A stretch of DNA of 64,000 nt, taken from assembly GCA_000320545.1 (NCBI GenBank), contig ADNK01000149.1, positions 186,001-250,000 of the forward strand. The letters are read 5' to 3'. Source of the DNA: Bigelowiella natans CCMP2755. Taxonomy: Eukaryota; Protista; Cercozoa. The notes below the pieces were generated by a model, which ran no database searches, was not told the DNA's origin, and saw only the letters and a program-made list of their open reading frames with translations. Shown here in pieces: positions 1-12,800 of the stretch. Both the position numbers and the translations under genes were made by a program. Numbering within the stretch: position 1 is the stretch's first letter; each line of letters opens with the position of its first letter.

Positions 1-10
1 GAATGTACAG

Positions 11-161
11 GCTCGTTTCTCGCCGAAAGATACTCGTGAATATCTCTGTCGCTACCGACTAGAGGTTGAGCACGGATATCCTAGCAGCATCGATATTGAG
101 CTTAGAGGCTGCGGAACATTGGATGAAAGCAAACGGCGATCGTGATGTGATTTTTCCATAA
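11..161 (+). CDS. Probable last two exons of a gene entering from the left (…ARFSPKDTREYLCRYRLE|AAEHWMKANGDRDVIFP*), product unknown
   Basis: AG acceptor at 9-10, GT donor near 65 and a second acceptor near 107 give an in-frame join ending in TAA at 159-161. It is followed by the same 3'-type intergenic island seen after the other genes. Confidence 0.35.
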
Positions 162-807
162 TGTTAAAAGTTCTATATAGAAGCTATATATTATTCAACG
201 GATGTACATGGTGGTAAAGTATGTTTGCAGAGAAGGCGGGACCCGAATTGAACAGATGCAGCGCTGTGATGTTGTGCGTGATATCATGATACGCACAGTA
301 GAAGCTATAATATTGCTTTACTGTATGTATATATTGCCTGTTACTGTTACATGGGGACGCAGTGCATGCACTGCTTGTATACATCTAGCTAGACATGTGT
401 GTATGAGTCCGACGTAGCACAGTAGCATAATAAAATAAATTCATTCTTCTTACATTTTGATTCAATTTTCATCTTAATATAGTTGCATGGTGCGGCCCAT
501 GCAGCATGTGTGCGATGCAATGACTATAGTTCAGCTGCCTTAGGTACATATAGCTATAGGATGACCATGTTGGAAAGATTTCATCGCTTCATTGCATCCA
601 TCTCATAGTTCAGCTGTCAATAATTATACGCAAGCACATCTATTCGATCGATCAAGCCGCCATCACATGCATCGCTTGCAATGGGTGTACTAGCATTACA
701 CATAGCAATTGTTACATAGTAGCATGCATCGCACGCTCACGTAGAATATTAGGCTCTTGTTGTTTTCAGTATCCTTTATTTGTTACATACTTTTCTGTTC
801 CTCATTT

Positions 808-1624
808 TTAATCGATTAGTAATATAAATGCTAACAACCAGAACACCATCAAATGCAGATCAAATGTGCACCGATCAACGCTCCGCTCTTCAGGAAAATG
901 GCATCCAAATAAGATTACGACGGATGCGTCCACGCCTACCCCAATCACAAGAAGCGACCACGTGAATATCACCCAGCTCTTTGATGGTTTCGTATCGACG
1001 TATCCAAAGAAGAAAGAGAGGAAACATAGGAAGGTGCCGATGCACAAGATCGATGCAACTTGCTTGGCCCTTCGGGCAATGTTGCGCACCCAGAATCTAT
1101 ACTCATTATTGTTTGGTTGGACGTATACCACTGGTATCATCACCACCCTCGGATTGTTTTGTATGTAATGCTTCCCAGCAACGGTGACGACGCTTGGCGC
1201 TGGAGGCGCACATGTCTCCCCAGAAGCATCAGATTCAAGCTCGGAAAGGAGCGTTATGGAAACCTGTTTCAATATAGATCCGCAATCCGGCAAAATGTTA
1301 ATAGCTAGGCTATGCTTTTGTTAGCGAGTCACCGACATTGCATGGATCAAAAAGTGGAAAGTAGGTTAAGCCTCTTACTTACATTGGGACTGGCTAACGA
1401 ACCAACACTTTTGCGGTCTGCTGGTGAAATCGACATGGGCTAGCGAATTTCGGTACGGTTTTGAGATCTAAGCAGCCAGGGTGTGTAGCTTTTTTCAGGA
1501 TGTCCCTAGTTACCATGCAGTCACCATTGGTATCGTCCTCTTGTAACTCCCCCTCCCCCCCAACCCGAAACGGAGTGGTTGTTCGAGGTGCTCTCTCCAG
1601 TTCTCGAAACTGCTGGCCAACCAT
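808..1624 (-). CDS. Small multi-pass membrane protein of unknown function, probably 2-3 exons
   Basis: ORF 808-1293 has about three hydrophobic segments (ILCIGTFLCFLSFFFG, WVIFTWSLLVIGVGV, LHLMVFWLLAFILL). Upstream ORF 1394-1624 has a GT donor near 1456, and there is an AG acceptor near 1305. It lies head-to-head with the PP2C gene. Confidence 0.45.
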
Positions 1625-1763
1625 CAGGTACCAGCGGTTTCCCCGGTTGTCGCTCTGTGAAATCCGCCTGCTTGAAAGGCAGGAATCGTATCTTTGGGAA
1701 AAATTTTGAGGATTTTCTTCCTAAGACAGAAGAGGATGCCAGTCGCAGGATACAAACCAGGGA

Positions 1764-2418
1764 ATGGTGTCGGCGGCCTTCGGGCCAGCAGCTCCCCGAG
1801 CTCCTGCCCTGGCCCTCGTTGCGCCTACCGCTAGGTTATCCGGCAGTCACGCCTGGTGGTGCTTGACTCTAATAATAGCAACGCTATTCTTCCTTCACGA
1901 GGAAATTGGTGAGGAGGGGGAGGAGGTTGCGAGGGTTGGCAGATTCTTGAACCGTCTAGCATCAGGTGCTCCAAGACGAGATGGAGATCATACCCGACGG
2001 AGCCTGGAAGGGGCTAGGACAGCTACTCCTTCGTCATCTAGATCGATGGTACGCTCGCATGGATCACGCAGCGGGCGCCGACGCCGTTCCGACGATCCTT
2101 CCCCGCCGCCGTCGCAACGACGCCGTCATCGTCACGGCAGCAAAAGACGATGCTTTCGCCACCGCCAACATCGCCGACGCCGCCACCGCAGCTTGTCCAT
2201 ACGGAGGCGCAAGCAAAAAAATACGAAGAATAGGAGAAAACGCTCGCGTTCTTTACGTATGCCACAAAGAAGAAGGAGCACCCGCCGTTCCAACATGCGT
2301 AGTGCGACAGGATCATCGTCTTCCGATGATGAATCGATCGAATCAACTCCACCACAGCAGCGACAACATCGTCGGCAGATGAGTAGGAATAGTAGTACCA
2401 ATAGTAGTGGGAAAAGGT

Positions 2419-2450
<32 letters not shown>

Positions 2451-2705
2451 TGTAGTAGTCGTAGTAGTAGCTGTCCTTGCGAAGAGCGTCCAGGGCAAGA
2501 CTTAGGTGAAGAAGAAGAGGATGGAGGAAGTAAACTAGGGCCGCCATCCATATCCATGCAGCACAACACAACAACCCAGGTTTCTACAAAAGAAAGAATT
2601 TGGGGAAATTCTCAGTGAACGCTATTACACACGAATACTGCACACACACAAAACCATATAATTTATTTGTGTGTATAAAAAATATACACACACACACACA
2701 CACAC

Positions 2706-2757
<52 letters not shown>

Positions 2758-3482
2758 CGGAGGGGAAAGATGCACTTTCATGCACATATGAAATTGTTTG
2801 AATAAAATGTTGAAATTTGATGTAAGGAGCCAAAGGAGGACCAGATGCTGAACGTGTTAAGCGAGAAGGCGACCTGGAATGGCGAGGGCCAGCGCCCACC
2901 AGGCACGCGCTTGAGTGATTACGATGAATTCGACGAGGATTATAATGGTTATATTCACAAAGAAAGTGGCTGGATTTACCTACCATACAAGGTACACATT
3001 CCCCCTCCCCGTCACTTCTTTTGGCTGCTCTCTCTCGTGTTCTTTGCTAGTATGTTATCTCACCCTCTCCTCGTGCAACTTTCTTAGGTCCAGTGGTATC
3101 AACGCACGAGCGGAAAGTACTACAGCCTCAATCTGGTCAAGTGTTCCTACAACATTACTCCTTCTTCATACTTTTACATTGCAATCTCCTCCCCACGAGT
3201 CACAAACGCCATTGTGTGTCGTCGTATGACAGTAGCCTTACACGCAAACAGGCCTTTCATTCTCTCGCACATGCTCACATACATACATACATACATACAT
3301 ACCAGGATCTCCGTTATGCAGCTGCCACATATTAAGAACGTAGATTTGCTTGTATACCTCCTCACATATCCAAATATTCGTCGAATTAAATCAGACATCA
3401 AATGCGTATGAAGAGAGCTCGCTGATGGTAGCAGTCTAATTTTGTTTGCGTTGCTGTGGTGTCGTTTTTTGGGAATGGGGTG

Positions 3483-3521
<39 letters not shown>

Positions 3522-4265
3522 AGAGATAGGGGGAGGGCAGTAGTAATTATTAATGTAACTCACTAGGGAAGATACTCCTATGGCGAGGGCAGCGATGATG
3601 AAGAGGGAACTATTTCAACACACAATTATGATGCTACGGCCTCCAACGTTGCTGACAGTCTGGATTTCCGGTTGCGGAATTTATCCATCATTGAAAGGCG
3701 AACGGTGGGATGCTGTGCTCTTTGCTTGTAGTTTGTTTTGCCGCCTCCTGCTGCTGCGAAAAGATGGTATCCGCGACGAAATGTCGACTATTTGCATAAC
3801 ACATTTCCCAAGCCGCCACAAATGCAGATTTGAGAATGTGCAATCAACAAGATAAGCCTAGCGGAGATAATGATAGTTTCTCGAAAAATGATGTCGTCTT
3901 TGTAGATCTCACAATTCAGAACGCCAGGCTGTGGAGACTGTATAGGTGTGTGAGTGAATAGCGAGAAGAATTAAAAGGAGAATCATGGAGAAGAAGAGGG
4001 AAAAGATGTTCGAGAGAGCAACGAAGATTGTCTACGTGTTAAATTGCTCCTTATCCTCTCGATGATACTTTCTGTCCATGCTATTTAGGTGTCGTGCGAG
4101 GAGTCCCAGTATTCGCTCCGAAGCCTATTGTGAGTGGAACATACGAAATCAATGTTTTTCACAAGTTTCTTGTTCTTTTTTAAGTTTCATGAACAGAGAA
4201 TATTACATGACCACGACTGACATTGTAGTGGCATTGTGTGCGCCCTAGTCTGTGTCAGAGCACGA

Positions 4266-4300
<35 letters not shown>

Positions 4301-4335
4301 CAGATACATGTTTAGCTGGGTGTGTGTATGTGTAT

Positions 4336-4375
<40 letters not shown>

Positions 4376-5087
4376 GCCTCATCTGGGAAAGCGTTGCCAT
4401 TTTCAATATTCTGGTCTCATAATAGTGGAAAAGCATTCGGCTGGGCGATGGCTCTTCGATTGATGAGGAGGAGCAGGAGAATAAAGGTTCTCGCGAAACG
4501 CAAGTATATTTGGATCTGCTACCAGAAGAGATGAAACATGAGTGTGCCGAATTGACAGGGGAAAAAGATAACACTACCACCTCAGTGTGAATGTGCCGAA
4601 TGCGACCATGACTGGGAATGAAATAAATGCTACTCCCTCCATCATCACTTTTACATCATTATCGACAGAATTGCCAGCATCAGCATTGTTTCAATCTTAA
4701 TCATAACCTCTCTCATATAACAACACATAGCTACCAGTATTAACTGGGCGGAAGTTTTTGCTGACGAGGAGGCTTTGATGGCGCAGAGAGCGAGGCAGCC
4801 GGCGTACTTGGACGAAATGCAAAATGAGAAACTAACCGAACATGTCAAAGCGAAGGTAGGGTGAAAGAAGAAAAGGCCATTCTCCTTTAAGTTCAAATAG
4901 CTCTCAAATGAGATGGGAGGGAAGGGGAGAATGCGAAATATCATCGTGTTGTTATTGAAAAACCTTTGGCTCACAGCAGCTTTGTTGCCATCCTTTCATA
5001 GCTTCTCGGCGCCTGCAGTGGGGTCTTCTCGATGGTTGGGAGAAAGTCTACTCAGGAAGATCGATATATCCAAGACCAGGTACAAAT

Positions 5088-5126
<39 letters not shown>

Positions 5127-5186
5127 AGTGATAGACGATGATGATTTTATATCGGCATATGTTACTACACTTTCTTTGCGTCTATT

Positions 5187-5251
<65 letters not shown>

Positions 5252-5550
5252 TTGCTTGATTGCTCCCTCATATCGATGATTTGTGTTTGGATGCTATGGA
5301 TGTTTGTTAGAGCTTGGGTCGGTTGGGGATGTTCTATGCGGTGTACGATGGTCATGGGGGGGACACCTGTGCGACAGAAGCATGTGAGAACCTGCATCGA
5401 AGGGTGAGTGATGATGATAGTGTCGTAGTGGTAGTAGGAAATCAGTGAGATAAAAAAGGAAGAGTGTCGCGAATCAAGCATAAAACGGACATGGACACAC
5501 ACACTCACACGCGGACACACACGATATATATTGAAGGAAAGACATAAATG

Positions 5551-5616
<66 letters not shown>

Positions 5617-6508
5617 TTAACATACATTCCGTTGCGTTGTTCCCCACCACAGATCGTGCAATCCTGGTGGGAAGAGATCGGCCGCTTGAGAAAGGCCTCC
5701 TCAACATCATCATCATTAGCAGCACCAGCAATCCCGGAAAGCAAGGGGATAACCTTGTCGTCCCGAGATCATCATATTAACGCTGCTGCCTCGTCCACAA
5801 ATGCTACCAGCACGTCTTCTCTCCACCCTCCTCCATCCTCTCCTCCAGCCGCTCTTAGTTCTTCTGGAAACAACCTTAGCCTCAATGCTATCAATGACAT
5901 TCACAGAAGAACCTACGTCCACACTTCTCACACAGCATTGAGGGAACACGACGCTGCTGCCCTGCATTGGCCAGACATTGATAGCATAAAGCCGGAGTAC
6001 CGTAGCTGTCCTGAGGGCTCCATGACTGAGGTATGTAACATCATCATCATAGTGTTGATTATACCTGATTTGCCTGTTCAGAGAAAAAGTAAAAAAAACG
6101 CACACACACACACACACATACACACATGCACATACACACATGCACATACACACAGTTACGACGCCTTTGTAGAATATACCATTAAAGTGGGCGAGTGCTT
6201 CGTACCATTTATAACGTGAAACTGAGTGCAGTGCCTGCCTCCTTTCTCCCTACTCCGCTGTATATCATTCATTTTGTTGTATGTGCACCACATGCGCTAT
6301 TTGCACGTGTGTTGCTTACCAGGATGTGTTAAAGCGGTCAATAATGCACGCTTTCAAGCGCTTCGACCAGTTCCGTGCATACACATACATAGATGCACAG
6401 CTACATCAGGATGGCCATTGAAAAGATTTAATCACTTCATTACATCCATCTCACATACATATATCTGTTCGTTTCGTGTGAGTTTGTGCCTTACTAGGCT
6501 CTTGTAGG

Positions 6509-6546
<38 letters not shown>

Positions 6547-7077
6547 TGATTTGTCGCGACACACTCACGCACACACACACACATCACATGCACAAGCTGA
6601 ATGAATGTTATCTGCACAGTGACTACATTCTGTCGCGGTCTCGAGGGTCTCAGAGAAAGACGTCTTCTTCCTCTTCTTCTTCTTCTTCTGCCTCTCTATC
6701 GAAACTAATAGCATCACCAACCGGGAACGACGGCTCCACGGTCTTGTCGTGTACTTGTGTGTTTTTGGGTGCCGCGAGACGACCTACCAATGCATTCATC
6801 TCATGTACTGCTGCCACTCTAAAGTTGTCAATCAAGTTAACATGTTTCGATAGGTTGTGGGGGCGATCTTGACGCCAGGAGAAAACCTGCACAACCCCCG
6901 ACACTTAATCATCATGAACCTTGGCGATTCCCGGGCGGTGCTTTTCAGAGCCCCAAATACTACCATACGCCTCACGAGCGACCACAAGGTAGTAGTTCGT
7001 TGCTATTTCATTTGATTCTGGGATGAATGGAGAAGAGAAGGAAGGGGACGGAGACGCGAGAATAATATATAATATGA

Positions 7078-7117
<40 letters not shown>

Positions 7118-7251
7118 TAAAGAGAGAGAGACGGGGAGAGGGGGAGAGGGAGAGTAAAAGAGAGGAACAAATATAGCGTACATTCAATAGATACGCTACT
7201 ATTATTGGCTTTAGAAAGTAGAGGGCATTCATACTCAGAGGAGCACTTCTG

Positions 7252-7308
<57 letters not shown>

Positions 7309-8847
7309 GTGTGTGTATGTGTGTGTGTGTATCCTCTCCATATCAGCCGAATCGTGTCGCAGAAATTCGGAGGATTAATTCTGTTGGTGGCAAGGTTATG
7401 CACATAACGCTTCTACAATTATTTTAGATTACATGTGTGTGTGTGTGTGTGTGGCCGCGCGCGCTTTCATCAATGCTGTGATCATTTTGATTAAAGGTTG
7501 TCAAGCTGGCGGGAATCTATCGTGTCACTGTAAAGACCATCAAGGGCAAGAAGCCGACGACCTTCCTCTCTGTAATAACAACGAACGACGTGTAAATGTG
7601 TATGCTGATGAGACTTTGTTGAGCTTTCACTGCGCACATGCTGATATGAACGTAGGCATATATCACCGCAGTCACTTCTTTCTCAACTGCATCCTCATTT
7701 GCCCGATAAGGAGCCTTTTCCCTCGCCCGCTCATATTCGTTACTTTTTGTTATCCTTTTCCTCGTTTTGGAAATGAAGGTGTCACGTTCCCTCGGAGACG
7801 CATGGGCTAAATCAGGAGGAAGCTCTAATCCACTTAAAGCTGGTGGTTGTTGTAATGGAGTTTTATGTGATTTATGTTAATATGTGGGTGTGTGCGTGTG
7901 TGTGTGCGTGCGTGTGTGCGTGTTTGTGTATAAATTTGAAAGAGCTTGAAATGGCTGGGCTAGCACATACCCCAAGCACACAAGACACACACACACACAT
8001 ACATATACACGTTGCATCCTTCTTGTTAATTTCTTTCTTCTTCCTTACCATTTTATTATTTTAGGGGACACAATTGTCAGCTGCGTGCCTGATATTTTCA
8101 TCCGTCAGGTAAAATGAAAGTGAGAATAGCGGCTTAAAACTAGCAACAATATTTCAAGATTTCACAATATTACCTTGTCCTTCTGACATTTAATTTGGAA
8201 TGATTGCATCTGTACCTATGTTTAATATTACAACTTGCTGCTTTCTTGAATATTTGTTTTCCTTCCTCCCCTTGATTACTTTTAGGTCGCAGAGGACGAC
8301 CAGTTCTTGATTCTAGCTTGTGACGGTGGGATAAGTTTTGATGAGGAGAATCATCCTCAAGAGAAACATGCGTTATAATTTTAATTGGCTGCCAAATTTT
8401 GATATTTTTCCAAGTTTTTGTAAATTGTACTCAGATGAATCTTGGTCGATCGCAACCGTTGTATGTTTATCTTCTTGTAATATGTAATATGGAAACCAAT
8501 TTAGGAAGTATGGGTTTCGGAAACTCTCCTGTCCTGCTAAAAAAGCGACGGCCAATATTGAATGGCCTTTAAATTTTGCTTACATCCCCAAGTGAAACGT
8601 GATCTTTGTGTTACCCTTCATTTTGATCCAACAAGGCATATGGGACGTTCTCTCGGACAAGGACGCATGTGAAGTGGTAAGGGATGAATTGCAGCGGATG
8701 ACGAGTCTGCAAGAGCAGCAGGGAGCTCAGGGAGACGAAAAAACACCAGGTTCAGATGCCTCAAAAGGTTTCTTGAATATTCAACAAGTTTTCTGTGTAT
8801 ATTTTTGGTTGATTTGTTAGCAATGCGGACATGTATGTATCCTTGGA

Positions 8848-8906
<59 letters not shown>

Positions 8907-9142
8907 ACACATGTATTCATGTTATTTAATCTGTAACTGATATTATAAAGTTGTTTCTGCTACTGCTGCGGAGTCCGCGGCCAAAGCTCTGGTGAAATAT
9001 GCTTTTCGCAAAGGTGATTCGGACATTGGTTTAGTGTCTACTGGTTACCTATTTTTTTTCATTGTCATTTGATGTGGAAACGTCGTTTTCGTTTCATTCA
9101 CATTTTACACGTGAACACAGCTAAAGTTGTACTTATATCTTT

Positions 9143-9176
<34 letters not shown>

Positions 9177-9249
9177 ATTTGCTAATTGACAAATCTCAGG
9201 AAGTATTGATAATCTGACGGTCGTCGTAGTTCTTTTGAATACAAATTGA
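1764..9249 (+). CDS. PPM/PP2C-family Ser/Thr protein phosphatase with N-terminal hydrophobic leader, Arg/Ser-rich region and OCRE-like repeat (>20 exons)
   Basis: Spliced exons give the PP2C motifs in order: GRKSTQEDR (~5035), FYAVYDGHGG (~5335), NDGST|VVGAIL (~6725-6870), NLGDSRAVL and LTSDHK|PNR (~6920-7350), VSRSLGD (~7780), DQFLILACDG|IWDVLS (8290-8650), GSIDNLTVVVVLL and stop at 9247-9249. The metal-binding Asp residues are present. Confidence 0.92.
2685..2756. repeat. Compound (CA)n(GA)n intronic microsatellite, representative of dozens of intronic SSRs
   Basis: Directly visible. Similar compound tracts occur at ~5190-5250, 5550-5612, 7255-7330, 22910-22960, 30467-30525 and 41685-41750. 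Confidence 0.95.
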
Positions 9250-9862
9250 TTTTAACTTTACATGAAGCATTGAAGCAAAGCGAAATATTAGATAAAGTTG
9301 TTAGCATAGTTAGTTTACAAAGAGAAGCACCTTCTCAAGTAAAGCTCTCCATGATCATATCGTCGCTATCTAGCTATGTCGAAATTTGAGCATCATGATC
9401 ACATCGTCGCGACTCTGCACAGCATCACCATTGCTGATATCAGAATATCAGAGTGCAGGCTCACCTAGCAATCCTTGCACATGACAATGTTGGCTTAGAA
9501 AGAAATGCGTACTTGATGTCATTTGTATATTATTCGCTTGCCGTGCCTAGTGACGACTGCATGCGGACAAAAACGATTATTGCATTCATGTTGTTGCTGC
9601 GCGCGGACACCATGCCACAAGAACAGAGTATGCAGCAGAAATCCATTTCCGAGTGCCCAGACCATGCGCTCGCTCGATGCATGTCACAATGTAATCGTGA
9701 ATGCGTAAATACATGATATTTTGTGCAATGACTTTTAAGTAGTAGCATCACAGTAAAATATATGTATATATACATCAATTGTATTGCAGTTTTATTATAG
9801 ACATAGTAATATAATATATATATCATATTACTTTGTCTATTACTTTTACAAGCGGGTATAAG

Positions 9863-12800
9863 TCAAAAAATACTGCCTCCGGAAAGTTTAGGCTTACCCG
9901 TCCAGTTTTTTTTTCTAGAAATTTAACCCTCCCTAAGAATAGATTCACAATTAACACAAAACTTTTGACAAATTTCCGAATCTACCTGTTGTAAAGTCCG
10001 CATGGTACTCGAAATCGTCTTTATAAAATGACTCTTTTATGATTAGCCAGGCTATACAATACAGTAATTTTGCTTGAAGCGGTAGCTGAGTGATTCCAAT
10101 CCTGGGTATCAATCTAAATTTGCAGAATATGTTACTTTCCGGTTACTTACACAAATGCAATATATACATATATATACCTCTGATCCCATACAAGCATGAG
10201 GAAATGTGCCCCATTAGTGATACGAGACAATAGAATTCCTTTGAGCATTGAAAGTCCGCACTGATCCTGATGATTAAATTGTATCGGAAACACGCACACA
10301 CACATACACATACACATACACATACACATACGCACAATTTACACTATTCAAACTCGATTGAAAAATCGATGCTACTATTTTCGAATAAATCTATTTTTTA
10401 GTACTAGATAGATGCCAATCTCTTTCCGTGTCCATGTCGAATATTTGATGACGTTATGATTTATTGGCCATCCTTTTGGCGGAGGCTTGAGAGTATGGGC
10501 CATCGAATTATCTCCATTTTCCATAGTTATCAATCCCTCGAACTCTAAGCTTGCCAGTTTCATTTGCTCCTCTGAAATTATCAGGTTTGGAGATATTACT
10601 CATTAATGGAATATTTTTGCTTTTTTGATAATTCTTTTTTATATTATCCTACTTACAAAAATTGTATATTGTGAGAGTGACGTTTAATAAAAAAAATATG
10701 TATTTATATTCTTGGCATGTTCGCTATCATATACAAATACCTGATAGTTTTTCCGCCTCAACATGACGCAGCAGTTGTTGGGGCGTGTGAAATCCTTTGA
10801 TAAAATGGCCCCCCTCCTCAAAGGTTTCTGGTTTTTCCTCCGACTTTTCCTCGTCCATTTTCTTTTTGGCTTCTGCCCTAAGCTTCCTGGTTCCAAACTT
10901 GGCGAGGGTCCACCACAGTAGTGATTCCTCAGGTACCTGGATGTGTTTTCGCTCGTACGGGTTATATAGAGATTTCTTCCCAGTATTTTCCAAATTAACA
11001 TTCATAGCATCTCCAGAAGGTTTTTTGGGCTTTGGTGGAGCGTTTTCATCATCTTCCTCATCCTCTTCCATGTCTGAATCACTATAATCCGTATCTTCCT
11101 GCTCTAAGTATTCGTCTGTATAAAGCTCGTGAAGATCACCCGAGCTGAAATGATTCTTGATGGCCTTTTTGTCGACAACACGAAGGGCCATACCTTGCTT
11201 TGCTATGCAGCGTTCATATACTCTCTGTTCCATGGTTCCCTGGGCGATAAGATGGTAAATATAGACATTCTTCTGTTGACCAAATCGATAGATTCTGTAA
11301 ATGGCTTGAAGGTTATGTGAAGGATTCCAATCGACGTCATAAATAATTGCGTGATTGGCTCCAGTCAAGTTAATTCCGATGCCACCAGCTCTTGTTGAAA
11401 TAAGAAAAACTTTAGCTTCACCTTCTCCTAGATTGAATTGTTTGACCATCTTTGCACGGTCCTCAAAGTCACTCTGTCCATCAAGACGGAGATACTCTCG
11501 GTTTTTCTCATAGTTAAAATTTCTTTGGAGTAGAAATTCTAAAATATGAAGTAATTTTAGACTGTGGGAGAAGACTAATAGCTTTTCTCCCATACGAGTA
11601 ATCTTCTCTATCAAAGCAAGGCAAATTTCCATCTTGGGACAATCCGACGCGGCTGCATCCTCAAACTTTGCCTCTGGTGGGAACAGCTCCTTGTGCCAGT
11701 TCGTTGTATCTGCCTCGACCTCTGGTTTAACTATTCCATCAGAGATGGGGCTTGATGCAGGCGAAGATGCTGGATTTTCTGCCGCGCTTACACCGTTTTT
11801 AGCCAAATGAGGCACTAGGGCTTTACTTAACTCTCCGACACCAGAATTTACCATATTCTGTTTTGATCCTGATCCTGTTTCAGCGTTCGATGAACCTGAC
11901 GCTGCTTCTATATTAGTAGGCTTTGGTTCTGATGTTGTAGCCACAGGCTCACTAGATTTGTTCTGCGCAATTTTTGTACTTCTCTCAGAACTTTTAGGAA
12001 TTTCGGAACTGCCTTCCTGAATCTTTCCCGTTCCCTTTTTATTAGCTCTCTTCTTCGCATTACTGAAAACAATATTAAAATTAGAATATGCAATAACAAA
12101 GTGTGAGTTACTTAATGAAGACTGTACTGACCTTTGATGCAAAAGTATGTAAGGATGATTCCATATATTCTTCAAAGCTTGAAAATCTTTCATTAATTTC
12201 ATTTCAGAAAAGGTGCTCCTATATCGACTATACAAGTCGCGCTGAAGTTTCGAAAGCTTGACGAATACAGTAAACTCAAACTTATTAGGCATTTGGCCAG
12301 CAACATGCTTGTAGCCCCTCCTGTGGATGTAACCGGCTGTTTTTTTATTGAGATTAAGTATCCGCCTTTTCATCTTTTGAACGTCTTGGCGTTCACTGTC
12401 TACACACTGCCCATTTTTTATGGGGTTGACATACTGATTCTTAAAAACTTTTATTGTACCCATATGCCCTGGTCGGACAAAATCGATCATATAAAAATAT
12501 TCTTTCAAATTATTCTGCATTGGTGTTCCGGTGAGCACGATTCGACGTTTAGTTTTCAAATCTTTCAACACCCTTGAAAGACTTGTCTTTGAATTCTTGA
12601 TTCTATGACCTTCATCAAGGATCACTAAAGATGCTACCTGCAAATCACAACCATCTAAATTTAACAGAACGTATAGATTTACATAATTGGATATTACCTT
12701 CAAAAGAATTCTGCGAAATTCAGGCTTGAATTTTTCGAATTCAGGATCCTCTACGCTAGTTTTTTTCTCACCCTTTTTCTCGTCTCCCGCTCCGATTGCT

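Noticed and set aside
1966-2574. Overlapping ORFs 1966-2382 (+), 2038-2574 (-) and 2132-2569 (-)
   Set aside because: Alternative-frame or antisense shadows of the GC-rich, triplet-repetitive PP2C N-terminal exon. No recognisable motifs.
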